Assembly: GCF_943914015.1 (NCBI RefSeq)
Contig: NZ_CALUAK010000002.1
Location: forward strand, 1 to 57,403
Direction of reading: 5' to 3'
Origin: an uncultured Corynebacterium sp.
GTDB lineage: Bacteria; Actinomycetota; Actinomycetes; Mycobacteriales; Mycobacteriaceae
DNA length: 57,403 bases
In this document: positions 28,686 through 38,848 of the stretch, in pieces
How positions within the stretch are numbered: the stretch's first letter is position 1
Layout of the letters: the number at the start of each line of letters is the position of its first letter
The notes under the pieces: generated by a model
Told to the model about the DNA's origin: nothing
Databases searched by the model: none
Seen by the model: only the letters and a program-made list of their open reading frames with translations
Translations under genes and position numbers: made by a program

Positions 28686-29685
28686 AGGTCGTCGGCAAGA
28701 TGGTGTGGCGCGGGGGAGCCCCGGCGATGAGCGCGTTGAGCATGCGCCCCACCTCGGCACCCTTGCGTTTGTTGTGCTGATCCACGGTGGTGATCCCCAA
28801 TCGCACCACCTCATCGATACCGTCGAAGCCCGTCACCGCGATCTTCCCGTCCGTGAATGTGTAGGCCCCCAGGGCCAACGAATCGGTGGTGCAGCAGATC
28901 GCGTCGCGGCCCGGGAAGCGCTCGAGCAGCTCCTCGGCAGCACTCATCGCCGTGTTCTTGTTGTTGATGTAGCGCTCAATGACCGGCACGTTTGTGATCC
29001 CCGCCGCGCGGAACACGGCGAGGGCTCCCTGCACGCGAGAGCGCTGCACGTGATGGCTGGCGTTATCCAGGCGGGCGGCGCTGACGGGGCCGTCGTTTCG
29101 TTCCCGATCCAAGCGGATGCACACAATGCCAGGCTTGGTATGCCCGGCGTCGACGAGCGCCTGGGCCGCCGGTGCAATCGCGTCGAAATCATCAATCCCC
29201 ACAAACGGCACGTTTTCAGGACAATACGGCTGGTCACACACCACAACTGGTAGGTGGTGGCGAAGGACCTCATCCAGGTACGGGTCGCGCTCCCCCACCG
29301 AATACACAGCGAACCCGTCGACGGCCACACGCCCAACAAGTTCGGCGGGGGCAAGCGTTTCGCCGAAGGCAGGGACGAGGGTGAGCGAGTAGTTCGTGCC
29401 GTAGCTCGCCTCAGACATACCGGCGAGGAAGTCAACGGACGCCTTGTCCTCGAAGGCGTAGGTGAGGTCGTCGGTAAACAGCACACCAATGTTGCCCGTC
29501 TTCTGCGTACGCAGGCTGCGGGCCGTGGCGTTGGGACCCCGGTAGCCGAGCTTTGCCGCAGCAGTGAGGATGCGGCGCCTCGTCGCGGGGCTGAGCTGCG
29601 TGGGATTGTTGTACGCGTTGGAAACGGTGGCCACAGACACGCCCACGTGGGCTGCGACCGTTGCCATGGTTACCCGTTTTGGCAC
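28645..29685 (-). CDS. LacI-family transcriptional regulator
   Basis: HTH TMATVAAHVGVSVATVSNAYN, ARSLRT hinge, VTGFDG; overlaps the otsB 3' end by 41 nt. Confidence 0.92.
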   Translation of the reverse strand: MPKRVTMATVAAHVGVSVATVSNAYNNPTQLSPATRRRILTAAAKLGYRGPNATARSLRTQKTGNIGVLFTDDLTYAFEDKASVDFLAGMSEASYGTNYSLTLVPAFGETLAPAELVGRVAVDGFAVYSVGERDPYLDEVLRHHLPVVVCDQPYCPENVPFVGIDDFDAIAPAAQALVDAGHTKPGIVCIRLDRERNDGPVSAARLDNASHHVQRSRVQGALAVFRAAGITNVPVIERYINNKNTAMSAAEELLERFPGRDAICCTTDSLALGAYTFTDGKIAVTGFDGIDEVVRLGITTVDQHNKRKGAEVGRMLNALIAGAPPRHTILPTTFIPGRTAAIRRVP

Positions 29686-29701
29686 GTCTACTCCTCACCC
29701 A

Positions 29702-29731
29702 AGTTGACAACGATTTTCAAAACCTTATCAT
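29702..29731 (+). promoter_or_regulatory. Zur box overlapping the -35 of the leaderless znuA promoter
   Basis: TTGAcAAcgaTTtTCAA palindrome; TTGACA (29704)-16 nt-TATCAT (29726)-7 nt-ATG. Confidence 0.78.
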
Positions 29732-29738
29732 AGCCAAC

Positions 29739-30653
29739 ATGAAACGTTTTTCAATAGCGTGTGCGTGTGCACTCCTCGCCCTCGCCGGCTGCTCCTCCAC
29801 CACGGAGACGAACAGCACCGACGAAGGCGCCATCAACCTCGTCGCCACCACCTCCGTCTGGGCGGACGTGGCCGCAGCGGTCGCAGGAGACGGCACACAG
29901 ATCACTCCCATTATTAGCGGTAAAGACGTCGATCCGCACTCCTTCGAGCCCGTCGCCAGCGATATGGCTGCTCTCGAGCGCGCCGACATTATCGTCGCCA
30001 ACGGTGGCGGGTACGACGCGTGGGCGTACGCCAACCTGGATGACGGCCAGAAGGCGAACGTCGTGTCGCCGCTACCCCTCACCCCCCACGGAGAGGAAAG
30101 TGGCGCTCACCAGCACGGGGACGCTGAAAACGGGGAGGAAGAGCACCACCACCATCACGAGCATGGATCCGAGCACGTGTGGTACGACCCGCACGCCATC
30201 GAGCATGTCATGAACGATGTGGCCGAGAAGATCACCGAGCTGGGTGGCACGGCAACGGTCGAGGAGGCGTCGGCAAAGGCGGAAGCCCTGGAGCAGAAGG
30301 TCGCAGAGCTTCCCGCAGGCAAGGTCATGCAAACCGAGCCGATTGCCGATTCCATCATCGCGGATTCCGAGCTCACCGACATCACGCCGGAGGCGTTTAG
30401 GGATGCCACACTGAAGGAGTCGGAGCCTTCGGCAGCAGCGCTTGACGAGTTCCTCACCACGCTCAGCTCCGGCGAGGTCGACGTGCTCATCTTTAACCCG
30501 TCGACAGCAACGGATACGAGCCAGCGGATCCGCGAGACGGCGGAAAAGGCACACGTTAAGATAGTGGAGATCGCCGAGGTTCCGCCGCAAGGCACGAACT
30601 TCCTCGATTACTTCGATACCCGCCTTGACGCATTGAAAGAAGCACTCTCCTAA
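29739..30653 (+). CDS. znuA: Zinc ABC substrate-binding lipoprotein
   Basis: Lipobox LAGC, DPHSFEP, His-rich loop HHHHHEH, HVWYD. Confidence 0.92.
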   Translation: MKRFSIACACALLALAGCSSTTETNSTDEGAINLVATTSVWADVAAAVAGDGTQITPIISGKDVDPHSFEPVASDMAALERADIIVANGGGYDAWAYANLDDGQKANVVSPLPLTPHGEESGAHQHGDAENGEEEHHHHHEHGSEHVWYDPHAIEHVMNDVAEKITELGGTATVEEASAKAEALEQKVAELPAGKVMQTEPIADSIIADSELTDITPEAFRDATLKESEPSAAALDEFLTTLSSGEVDVLIFNPSTATDTSQRIRETAEKAHVKIVEIAEVPPQGTNFLDYFDTRLDALKEALS

Positions 30654-30655
30654 CT

Positions 30656-31316
30656 GTGCACGTAGCCCTCACTCACGCTAGCGCCCACCCCCTGTGGCAC
30701 GACCTCACACTCAAGGTTGCTGACGGTGAATTCATCACCGTCCTCGGCCCCAACGGGGTGGGCAAATCTACTCTTCTGAGAGTCCTCCTCGGCCAGCAAC
30801 ACCTCACCGGTGGCTCGTACACGTGCGACGCGCGGGTGGGCTACATTCCCCAACAGCAGATGTTCCCCCGGGGACCTACCGCTGCGCGGGGCGGACCTCG
30901 TCCGGCTGAGTACCCGCCATGGTCGCACCAAGGAGTACCTCGACAACGTCGGCGCAAGCAATCTCGCCACGCTGAGAGTCGGAACGATGAGCGGTGGGCA
31001 ACAGCAACTCATCCGGCAGGCGCAGGCCTTCGCCCAGGAGCCGGAGATTGTGCTTGCCGACGAACCCCTCCTCTCCCTCGACTCGAAAGCCCAGCGTGCC
31101 ACCGTCAACCGCTTAGTGGACCATCCTGCGGCCGTCATCATGGTCACCCACGCCATCGCGCCGGTTATCGACCACACCGACCGCGTCCTGTACATCGGAC
31201 CGCACGGCCACGCCCTCGGCACGCCCGCCGAGGTACTCACAAGCGACGTCCTCACCCGCCTCCACGGGCACGAGGTCACCGTCGCCACCATCGGAGGAAA
31301 GCTCGTCATCGCATGA
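30656..31316 (+). pseudogene. znuC: Zinc ABC ATPase, frameshifted by +1 at the C5G4 run 30865-30873
   Basis: Walker A GPNGVGKST in the 30656 frame; MSGGQQQ, ADEPL and VTH in the 30810 frame; removing one base restores MFPRDLPLRG. Confidence 0.85.
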
Positions 31317-32143
31317 TTTCTCAAACAATTGACCTGCTCAGCGTAGGATTCGTGCAAACAGGTCTCATCGCCGCTGCCCTCCTCGGCCTCATGAGTGGCA
31401 TCATCGCGCCGCTTATCGTCATGCGCGGCATGAGCTTCGCCGTCCACGGCACGAGTGAACTCGCCCTCATGGGAGCCTCCGCCGCCCTCCTCTTCGGCTT
31501 CAACGTCAACGCCGGTGCCGTCATCGGCTCCGTCATCGCCGCCATCCTCTTGGCGCTCTTTCAGGGCGGATCCCACCATGACAGCGTCGTCGGCGTCATC
31601 ATGAGCTTTGGGCTCGGGCTCTCCGTGCTGTTTATTTACCTGTATCCGGGGAACTCGAAGGCGGCCATGTCTCTCCTCACCGGGCAGATTGTGGGTGTAT
31701 CCAGCACGTCTGCGTGGATTTTGGGGGTTGTGGCGGTGATTGTTATCGCGACGGTGGCGGTGTTTTTCCGGCAGCTGCTGTTTACGTCCGTGGATCCGGT
31801 CATGGCTGCGGCAACGGGGTTGAACCTGCGCGCCTACGCCGTGCTGTTTGCGGTCCTCGTGGGCTTGGCGGCAGCACAGTCGGTGCAGATCGTGGGGGCT
31901 TTGCTCGTCATGGCGCTGCTCATCACGCCGGGGGCTGCCGCCTGCGCGGTGACGAGCAACCCGCGGGTGACGATCGTCTTGTCGACGGTATTTGCGCTTG
32001 TGGCAGCCGTCGGCGGATTCGTCCTGTCACTCGCGCCAGGTCTACCCGTCAGCGTGTTCGTGACGACGATCAGTTTTGTTATTTACCTCGTCTGCAGGCT
32101 CGTGGGGTGGCAGCAGAAGAGGGCACTCCACGCGTCGGAGTGA
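31313..32143 (+). CDS. znuB: Zinc ABC permease
   Basis: ATGA overlap; MSFAVHGTSELALMG, LLTGQI, VGALLVMALLITPGA. Confidence 0.92.
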   Translation: MISQTIDLLSVGFVQTGLIAAALLGLMSGIIAPLIVMRGMSFAVHGTSELALMGASAALLFGFNVNAGAVIGSVIAAILLALFQGGSHHDSVVGVIMSFGLGLSVLFIYLYPGNSKAAMSLLTGQIVGVSSTSAWILGVVAVIVIATVAVFFRQLLFTSVDPVMAAATGLNLRAYAVLFAVLVGLAAAQSVQIVGALLVMALLITPGAAACAVTSNPRVTIVLSTVFALVAAVGGFVLSLAPGLPVSVFVTTISFVIYLVCRLVGWQQKRALHASE

Positions 32144-32146
32144 AAC

Positions 32147-33046
32147 CTACTGCTCTTCTGCTGAGGCCTTGTTGCGCCTTTGGCGGGCAAACTCGGCAAG
32201 CACGACGCCGGCTGCGACGGAGGCGTTGAGGGACTCGACCCAACCTTCCATCGGGATGGTGACGATCGTGTCGCATGTCTCCTTCACCAGGCGGGACAGG
32301 CCCTTGCCCTCGGAGCCGACAACGATGACCACGGGGCCCGTGCCGTCGTAAGAATCGTGGGTGTGCTCACCGCCGGCAGCGAGGCCGATCGCCTGGTAGC
32401 CGGCCTCCTGGAACTGCTTCAGGGCGCGCGTCATGTTGGTAACTTTGGCCACCGGCACGCGGGCTGCGGTTCCCGCGGAGCTGCGCCAGGTCACGGCTGT
32501 GACGGAGGCGGAGCGACGCTCGGGGATAACGACACCATCGGCACCGAAGGCCGCCACGGAGCGGATAACGGCGCCGAGGTTACGGGGGTCGGTGATGTTG
32601 TCGAGGAAGACGACCATGCCGTCGTGGGTGATGAGATCCTCAAGGTCCGCGTAGTGGTACTCGGGGATCTGCAGGCCAATGCCCTGGTGGAGGCCGTTGC
32701 CCGTCATCTCGTCAAGCTTCTGCTTGGACACCTCGACGATCGGGATGGAGCGCTTGGCTGCGATATTGACGGCCTCGACAAGACGCGGGTCGTTCTTCGT
32801 GCCGATGGCGACGAACATGGCGACGGCGGGCACCTTGGCGTGCAGGCACTCGATGACCGGATTGCGACCGACGACGAGCTCATCGGACATATTTGGCTTG
32901 TAGTGGCGGCCGGAATCCGACCGCTTCTTCGCCTCGGCCGCCTTGTGGGCCTTGTGGTAGACGCGATCGACGGCCTTCGGGGTCGGCCCCTTGCCCTTTA
33001 GTCCACGCCGGCGCTGTCCGCCGGAGCCCTTAATCCTCTTAACCAT
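32147..33046 (-). CDS. rlmB: 23S rRNA (Gm2251) methyltransferase
   Basis: [30 protein letters not shown] (SPOUT). Confidence 0.95.
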   Translation of the reverse strand: MVKRIKGSGGQRRRGLKGKGPTPKAVDRVYHKAHKAAEAKKRSDSGRHYKPNMSDELVVGRNPVIECLHAKVPAVAMFVAIGTKNDPRLVEAVNIAAKRSIPIVEVSKQKLDEMTGNGLHQGIGLQIPEYHYADLEDLITHDGMVVFLDNITDPRNLGAVIRSVAAFGADGVVIPERRSASVTAVTWRSSAGTAARVPVAKVTNMTRALKQFQEAGYQAIGLAAGGEHTHDSYDGTGPVVIVVGSEGKGLSRLVKETCDTIVTIPMEGWVESLNASVAAGVVLAEFARQRRNKASAEEQ

Positions 33047-34394
33047 TTACTACCTTCCACGTCGTGCCGTCGGCACCGTCCTTGAGCTCAATGCCGGCGA
33101 CGGCGAGAGTGTCGCGCACAGCGTCGGCGGTGGCCCAGTCCTTTTCTTCGCGGGCCTTTTGGCGCTGTTGGATTTGAACCTCGACGAGCTTAGCCAATGC
33201 GTCGGAAGAATCCGAATTGGCGGATGCCCAGGTCTCCGACTGCGGGTCGACGCCGAGGATGGCAGTCATGGCGCGAACCTGGCCGGCAAGCTCCGCGGCC
33301 TTTTCCGGGTGGGCGTTGCCCTCACGGACCGTCGTGTGGACGACGGCGAGGGCTGCGGGAACGCCGAGGTCGTCGTCAAGCGCGTTGACGAACTGCTCGG
33401 GGAGTGTTCCCGGGGTGACCGGACCCTGGCTGTTGACGAAGTCCTCGATGCGGCGGTAACCGGCGGCGGCCTCGTGGAGCGCCCCCTCGGAGTACTCGAG
33501 CATGGAACGGTAATGCGCAGACCCCAGGTAGTAGCGCAGCTCCACCGGGCGGACGAGTTCCACAACGTTGGGGACGGAGAGAACGTTGCCGAGCGACTTG
33601 GACATCTTCTCGCCGGACATCGTCACCCAGCCGTTGTGCATCCAGTAGCGGGCGAACTTGTCGCCTGCGGCCGTGGCCTGGGCGATCTCGTTTTCGTGGT
33701 GCGGGAACTTGAGGTCGAGGCCACCGCAGTGGATGTCGAACTCGCTTCCCAAGTACTTGGTGGACATGGCCGTGCACTCGATGTGCCAGCCGGGGCGGCC
33801 GCGGCCCCACGGGGTGGGCCAGGAGGGCTCGCCGGGCTTGGCGGCCTTCCACAGGGTGAAGTCGCGCGGGTCGCGCTTTCCTGTGCCTTGGGACTCACCC
33901 TGGTCCAACTCGTCGATACGCTGGCCGGACAGTTCCCCGTAGCCTTCGATGGTGGCCGGTGTGGCGTAGACGTTGCCGTCGGCGGCGTAGCCGTGGCCGT
34001 TGTCGATGATGCGCTGCATGTAGTGGATGATTTCGGTGATGTGGCCTGTCGCGCGGGGCTCGATCGACGGCGGGGTGACACCGAGGATGCGGTAGGCCTC
34101 GTTGAAGGCGCGCTCATGCGTTGCTGCCCACTCCCACCAGGGGCGGCCGTTTTCTTTCGCCTTGGTGAGGATCTTGTCATCGATATTGGTGACGTTGCGG
34201 ACAAAGGCGGTGTCTAGCCCCTTGGCTTCCAGCCAGTTCCGCAAGATGTCGAAGGCCACACCGCTGCGGACGTGCCCGATGTGCGGGATGGATTGAACGG
34301 TAGCACCACACAGGTACACCGAAGCATGCCCCGGGCGGACCGGGACGAAATCCTGGAGGGTGCGTGTCTTGGAATCATAAATGCGGAAAGTCAC
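33039..34394 (-). CDS. cysS: Cysteine-tRNA ligase
   Basis: [33 protein letters not shown]. Confidence 0.97.
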   Translation of the reverse strand: MTFRIYDSKTRTLQDFVPVRPGHASVYLCGATVQSIPHIGHVRSGVAFDILRNWLEAKGLDTAFVRNVTNIDDKILTKAKENGRPWWEWAATHERAFNEAYRILGVTPPSIEPRATGHITEIIHYMQRIIDNGHGYAADGNVYATPATIEGYGELSGQRIDELDQGESQGTGKRDPRDFTLWKAAKPGEPSWPTPWGRGRPGWHIECTAMSTKYLGSEFDIHCGGLDLKFPHHENEIAQATAAGDKFARYWMHNGWVTMSGEKMSKSLGNVLSVPNVVELVRPVELRYYLGSAHYRSMLEYSEGALHEAAAGYRRIEDFVNSQGPVTPGTLPEQFVNALDDDLGVPAALAVVHTTVREGNAHPEKAAELAGQVRAMTAILGVDPQSETWASANSDSSDALAKLVEVQIQQRQKAREEKDWATADAVRDTLAVAGIELKDGADGTTWKVVNG

Positions 34395-34404
34395 GCACCA
34401 CAGT

Positions 34405-34872
34405 CTAGTAGACGAGCGCGGTCGCTACCGCAGCTCTCCCCTCTCCGGAGCCCGTAAAGCCCATGTGGTCGGTCGTCGTCGCCGAGATGGACACGGGGCA
34501 GCCGAGGATCTTTTGGATGGCGACTTCCGCCTCCGCCCGGCGCGGCCCCATCTTCGGGGTTTGGCCGACAAGCTGGCAGGCGACGTTGCCGATGGTGAAG
34601 CCCTCCTGCTCGAGCTTTGCTCGAGCAGCCTGGAGCAAAGCGGTACCGGAGATGCCCTTCGTCTCCGGAAGGTCGACTCCGACAAACGAGCCGAGGTCTC
34701 CTAGGTGGGATGCGGACAACAGGGCGTCGACAAGCGCATGAGAGACGAGATCCCCGTCGGAGTGGCCCTCGCAGCCGTCGTCGGAGGGGAAGGACAGGCA
34801 GGCGATCATGCAGGGCTTGCCGGGTTCGATGCGGTGGGCGTCGAAGCCGATGCCCGTTCTAGGGAGTTTCAC
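34405..34872 (-). CDS. ispF: 2-C-methyl-D-erythritol 2,4-cyclodiphosphate synthase
   Basis: GIGFDAH, GHSDGD, ATTTD..GFTG..EG. Confidence 0.95.
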   Translation of the reverse strand: MKLPRTGIGFDAHRIEPGKPCMIACLSFPSDDGCEGHSDGDLVSHALVDALLSASHLGDLGSFVGVDLPETKGISGTALLQAARAKLEQEGFTIGNVACQLVGQTPKMGPRRAEAEVAIQKILGCPVSISATTTDHMGFTGSGEGRAAVATALVY

Positions 34873-35572
34873 TGGGGACCTCGAAAACAGTCTCCTCCGC
34901 TTCACCTGCGATGTGCTCGGCGAGCAGGAGGTCAATGGGGGTGGTGATCTTGAAAGCCATCGGGTCGCCGGCGACAGTGGTCACTGTATGGTCGGCGTGT
35001 TCCATGATGGAGGCATCGTCGGTGGCATCGAACGGCTCGGCGAAAAACGCCTCGTTGGCGGCGCGGAGGGCGGCCAGATCGAAGCCCTGCGGGGTCTGAA
35101 CGGCGCGCAGCGAGGAACGATCCGGGGTGTCGATAACGGCGTGGTTTTCCACCACCTTGATCGTGTCGGCGACGGGAACCGTCGGAATGACCGCCTCATT
35201 GCCCTCGAGGACGGCGCGGGTGACGCGGGCGAAAAGCCCCGGCGGGGTGAGCGCACGGGCGGCGTCGTGAATGAGGACGGCACCGTCGGCGTCGGGAATC
35301 GCCTGGAGACCCTGGGCGACGGAATCGAAACGCTCGGCACCGCCGTGGACAAAAGTCACGTCGTGACCGCGGAGAACGCGACGCGCGTAGGCCTCCATAT
35401 CGGGGTGGACGATGACGAAAATCTCGTCGGCAACCTCGGCGGTTTCAATCGCTGTGACGGACCGCTCGACGAGCGTCCGCCCACGCAGGGGAACGTAGGC
35501 CTTGGGCAGGTCAGCCCCCAGGCGGGTGCCCTTGCCCGCAGCGGCGACCAGAGCGAAAACCCTCATCTCCAT
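34859..35572 (-). CDS. ispD: 2-C-methyl-D-erythritol 4-phosphate cytidylyltransferase
   Basis: AAGKGTRLG..PK, IHDAAR, VQTPQGF, TDDAS, KITT. Confidence 0.95.
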   Translation of the reverse strand: MEMRVFALVAAAGKGTRLGADLPKAYVPLRGRTLVERSVTAIETAEVADEIFVIVHPDMEAYARRVLRGHDVTFVHGGAERFDSVAQGLQAIPDADGAVLIHDAARALTPPGLFARVTRAVLEGNEAVIPTVPVADTIKVVENHAVIDTPDRSSLRAVQTPQGFDLAALRAANEAFFAEPFDATDDASIMEHADHTVTTVAGDPMAFKITTPIDLLLAEHIAGEAEETVFEVPSETP

Positions 35573-35582
35573 TCGTCGATGC

Positions 35583-36155
35583 TTAATCGTCGAAGTCGAT
35601 ATCGTCGAGGTCGACGGCGGACTCCTCAGCCTCCAGCTCCGACTTCGGCGCACGAGCCTCGCTCTGGCGGTTGAGCTCCTCGGTGATGCGAGCCTCGAAG
35701 TCGTCGGCAAGCTTATCGTCGACGGGACCTGCCAGGGCGAGCTCACCAACAAGAATCTGACGAGCCTTGGCCAGCATGCGCTTCTCGCCTGCGGACAGCC
35801 CACGATCCTGATCGCGACGCCACAGGTCACGGACGACCTCGGCAACCTTGTTCACGTCACCGGAAGCCAAGCGCTCCTGGTTCGCCTTGTAGCGACGAGA
35901 CCAGTTTCCAGCCTCCTCCACATCCGTCTCGCGGAGCATCCCGAAGACCTTCTCCAGGCCCTCCTTACCCACAACATCGCGGACACCGACGTACTCTGCG
36001 TTCGCAACAGGAACGCGAACGACCAGGTCAGAGTGCAGAATCTTCAAGACCAGGAAATCTGTCATCTCCCCCTTGTGCTCACGCTGCTCCGTCTTTGCAA
36101 CCTCAGCTGCACCATGGTGCGGGTAGACAACAATATCCCCGACGTTGAATTCCAT
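35583..36155 (-). CDS. carD: CarD transcription factor
   Basis: [27 protein letters not shown]. Confidence 0.96.
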   Translation of the reverse strand: MEFNVGDIVVYPHHGAAEVAKTEQREHKGEMTDFLVLKILHSDLVVRVPVANAEYVGVRDVVGKEGLEKVFGMLRETDVEEAGNWSRRYKANQERLASGDVNKVAEVVRDLWRRDQDRGLSAGEKRMLAKARQILVGELALAGPVDDKLADDFEARITEELNRQSEARAPKSELEAEESAVDLDDIDFDD

Positions 36156-36421
36156 AGCCTCTCCTCGAACCTCTCCTCACGACTGACGTGAATGAATAGT
36201 GCGCGTTTAGTACCGTATCGATATTACGGTCACGATTTTACGGTCACTAGTTTTCTCGCTCCAAAAGATTTTACCAGATTAGCCAATACACCCTTTTGTA
36301 CTACTTTGTCACCTATTCGATTGCCCCCGTTCTCCCCTACCTGGTAGGTAATCAATGTTCGGAAAGATTAAGGTGAGTGGGTAGACGATTATAAAGAACT
36401 TCTCAGTTGGAGGAAACGTTA

Positions 36422-36925
36422 GTGAAGACCCGCTCCGCTCTCATTATCGCAGTGCTCGGCGCTGCATCCCTCGGCCTCACCGCCTGTGGCGCAGGCCAGA
36501 TCTCTCAAACCGCTGACCAGGTTGCAGCCGTCGACGGGGCTTCCGGCCACACCGAGGATGCCGCCGTGCAGGTGCGCGACGTAACGATTCTTGTCAACGA
36601 CTCCAGCCAGGCATCCCTGAAGTTCACCGCCACAAACGATGAGAAGAAGGCCGGCGAAGCCGTCACCCTCCAGAGTGTCAAGGTGGAGAACACCCCCGTT
36701 AACGTAGCTGCCGACAAGAACATCGGCTCCGGGTGCTCCCTTATCATCAACACGCCCCGCCAAAACGAGGTTCAGCCCTCCGCTGCCCGCGACACCATGT
36801 GCGCCGAGTACGGTATCGCCACCATCGACGATCCCGGTGCCGTCCCCGGCCAGCAGCGCACTGTGACGTTCAGCTTCTCCAACGGCGACATCACCGTCAA
36901 CGCCCCCGTTTCCAAGGAATTCTAA
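36422..36925 (+). CDS. lpqE: LpqE-like lipoprotein
   Basis: Lipobox LTAC-GAGQISQTA.QVAAVDG; divergent from carD. Confidence 0.85.
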   Translation: MKTRSALIIAVLGAASLGLTACGAGQISQTADQVAAVDGASGHTEDAAVQVRDVTILVNDSSQASLKFTATNDEKKAGEAVTLQSVKVENTPVNVAADKNIGSGCSLIINTPRQNEVQPSAARDTMCAEYGIATIDDPGAVPGQQRTVTFSFSNGDITVNAPVSKEF

Positions 36926-36948
36926 GCTCTCGCTCAACGAGCACCATC

Positions 36949-36981
36949 GCACCCCGCACAATCGTTCGCGGGGTGCTTTTT
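36949..36981 (+). terminator. Terminator after lpqE
   Basis: GCACCCCGC...GCGGGGTGC followed by TTTTT. Confidence 0.85.
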
Positions 36982-37125
36982 CGTGGTTTTTAGCCGGTGG
37001 ATTCCCCGTACAAAACCGAACCCCCTTCCTTTTCCAGGTGGCCACATCTACTACCCATAGAAGGTGAAGTTGTTGCCCGCCAGCGCAGTCCAAGTGCACA
37101 CCAATAGATCCACACACCCGCTTAC

Positions 37126-37206
37126 AAAAACTCGGACTTCGTTTCGATTCACTCCTATATCCACCCAGCCCGTCACATCTGCTACCGAAACGAAGTCCGA
37201 CTTTTT
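37126..37206. repeat. Long inverted repeat (REP/MITE-like)
   Basis: AAAAA-C-TCGGACTTCGTTTCG (37132-37146) and CGAAACGAAGTCCGA (37186-37200)-C-TTTTT; 15-bp perfect arms, 39-nt loop. Confidence 0.75.
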
Positions 37207-37464
37207 TCACCCGCGACCTTCAGTGCGCAGCTGCACAATACGCATACAGGGGACCTCAATCGGCCTAATTACCCCGACTGAGGTCCCCCAGCCTTCCACA
37301 ACTCGGCAGGTGTGGAAACGCCAGGCGGCCAGGTCTGTTACCCGGTAGACGGTGCGCCCCTCCCCTTGGAACCAGCGCGTGCCCGGAGATATGCCACCGA
37401 AGCGCAGCGCGCCACCACGCCCGCATGGATTAGAGTATGAAAAAGAAGAAAGGGGATTCTACCT

Positions 37465-38838
37465 GTGGCGAAGAAGCAGAAAAGCGTGCATGTGTGCACG
37501 GAGTGCGAGTATTCAACACCGAAGTGGCTGGGTCGCTGCCCCGAATGCGGCGCCTGGGGGACGTTGGAAGAGCAGGCCGTTGCCACCGGGCCGAGCGCGT
37601 CGGGATCGGGAAAGTCGCGCACCATCCAGGCACTGACCCCCACGTCGCCTGCCACGCCGATCACCAAGGTGAGGGGCGCAACCGCGAAGGCCGTGCCCAC
37701 GGGTATTGGAGAATTGGACCGGGTGCTGGGGGCGGGCATCGTCAAGGGGTCTGTCGTGCTTCTTGCCGGTGAGCCGGGCGTGGGTAAGTCCACGCTGCTG
37801 CTGGAGGTCGCGAGCCGCTGGGCCTCTCTTGGGCGCACCGCGCTGTACGTGACCGCCGAGGAATCCGCGGGCCAAGTGCGCATGCGCGCAGAACGCACCG
37901 GTGCCCTGCATGACACGCTGTTTCTCGCCGCCGAATCCAACCTCGATGTTGTTGCCGGCCACGTCAACCAGGTGAGGCCGTCGCTCGTCATCGTCGACTC
38001 AGTGCAGACGATGCATGCACCGGGCGTGGAGGGGGTTGCTGGTGGTGTCGCCCAGTCCCGCGCCGTCACCGCGCAGCTGACCGCCCTGGCCAAGACGACG
38101 GGCATCCCACTGCTACTCGTCGGGCATGTGACCAAGGATGGCAACGTCGCAGGCCCCCGGGTGCTCGAGCACCTGGTGGATGTGGTCCTCAATTTCGAGG
38201 GCGACACCAACTCCAACCTGCGGATGCTCCGTGGCATCAAGAACCGCTTCGGCGCCACCGACGAGGTCGGCTGCTTCGAGCAGCAATCCGACGGCATCAA
38301 GGAAGTGGAAGACCCCAGCGGCCTCTTCCTTTCCCACCGCGATGTCACGCCCGATGGGACCGCCGTCACCGTCGCCATGGATGGGGTGCGCCCCATGCTC
38401 GCCGAGGTGCAGGCCCTCATGGTGGAAACCCAAACGAAGAACCCGCGCAGGCAGGTAACAGGCCTCGACTACAACCGGGTGCCGATGGTGCTCGCCGTGC
38501 TGCAGTCCCGCGCGGGGGTGAAAACCTCCGACAAGGATGCCTACGTGGCAACCGTCGGCGGCATGAAGATCAAGGAACCGGCAACCGACCTCGCCGTCGC
38601 GCTGGCCACCGCCTCCGCCATGAAGAAGACGAGCCTGCCCGCCCGCCTCGTCGTCCTCGGGGAGGTCGGCCTGGCCGGCGAGATCCGCCGCGTACCCAAC
38701 ATCAGCCGCAGGCTCCAGGAAGCCGCCCGCCTGGGATACAAAATGGCGATCATCCCCGCAGGTGACAAACCAAAAGTGCCCGGTATGGGGGTACGGCAGG
38801 TCGCCACCCTCACCGAGGCCCTCACCATCCTGCGATAG
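37465..38838 (+). CDS. radA: DNA repair protein RadA/Sms
   Basis: Zn finger CTEC...CPEC, GEPGVGKST, KNRFG, Lon-like C-terminal domain. Confidence 0.97.
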   Translation: MAKKQKSVHVCTECEYSTPKWLGRCPECGAWGTLEEQAVATGPSASGSGKSRTIQALTPTSPATPITKVRGATAKAVPTGIGELDRVLGAGIVKGSVVLLAGEPGVGKSTLLLEVASRWASLGRTALYVTAEESAGQVRMRAERTGALHDTLFLAAESNLDVVAGHVNQVRPSLVIVDSVQTMHAPGVEGVAGGVAQSRAVTAQLTALAKTTGIPLLLVGHVTKDGNVAGPRVLEHLVDVVLNFEGDTNSNLRMLRGIKNRFGATDEVGCFEQQSDGIKEVEDPSGLFLSHRDVTPDGTAVTVAMDGVRPMLAEVQALMVETQTKNPRRQVTGLDYNRVPMVLAVLQSRAGVKTSDKDAYVATVGGMKIKEPATDLAVALATASAMKKTSLPARLVVLGEVGLAGEIRRVPNISRRLQEAARLGYKMAIIPAGDKPKVPGMGVRQVATLTEALTILR

Positions 38839-38848
38839 GGTGGCACCT

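Noticed and set aside
30656..32143. 495-aa ATPase-permease as a genuine evolved fusion
   Set aside because: The middle is out-of-frame znuC sequence lacking the signature and Walker B motifs; znuB has its own ATGA start
37064..37348. 94-aa ORF in the lpqE-radA spacer
   Set aside because: Atypical codon use and Thr/Ser/Pro-rich low-information sequence running through inverted repeats
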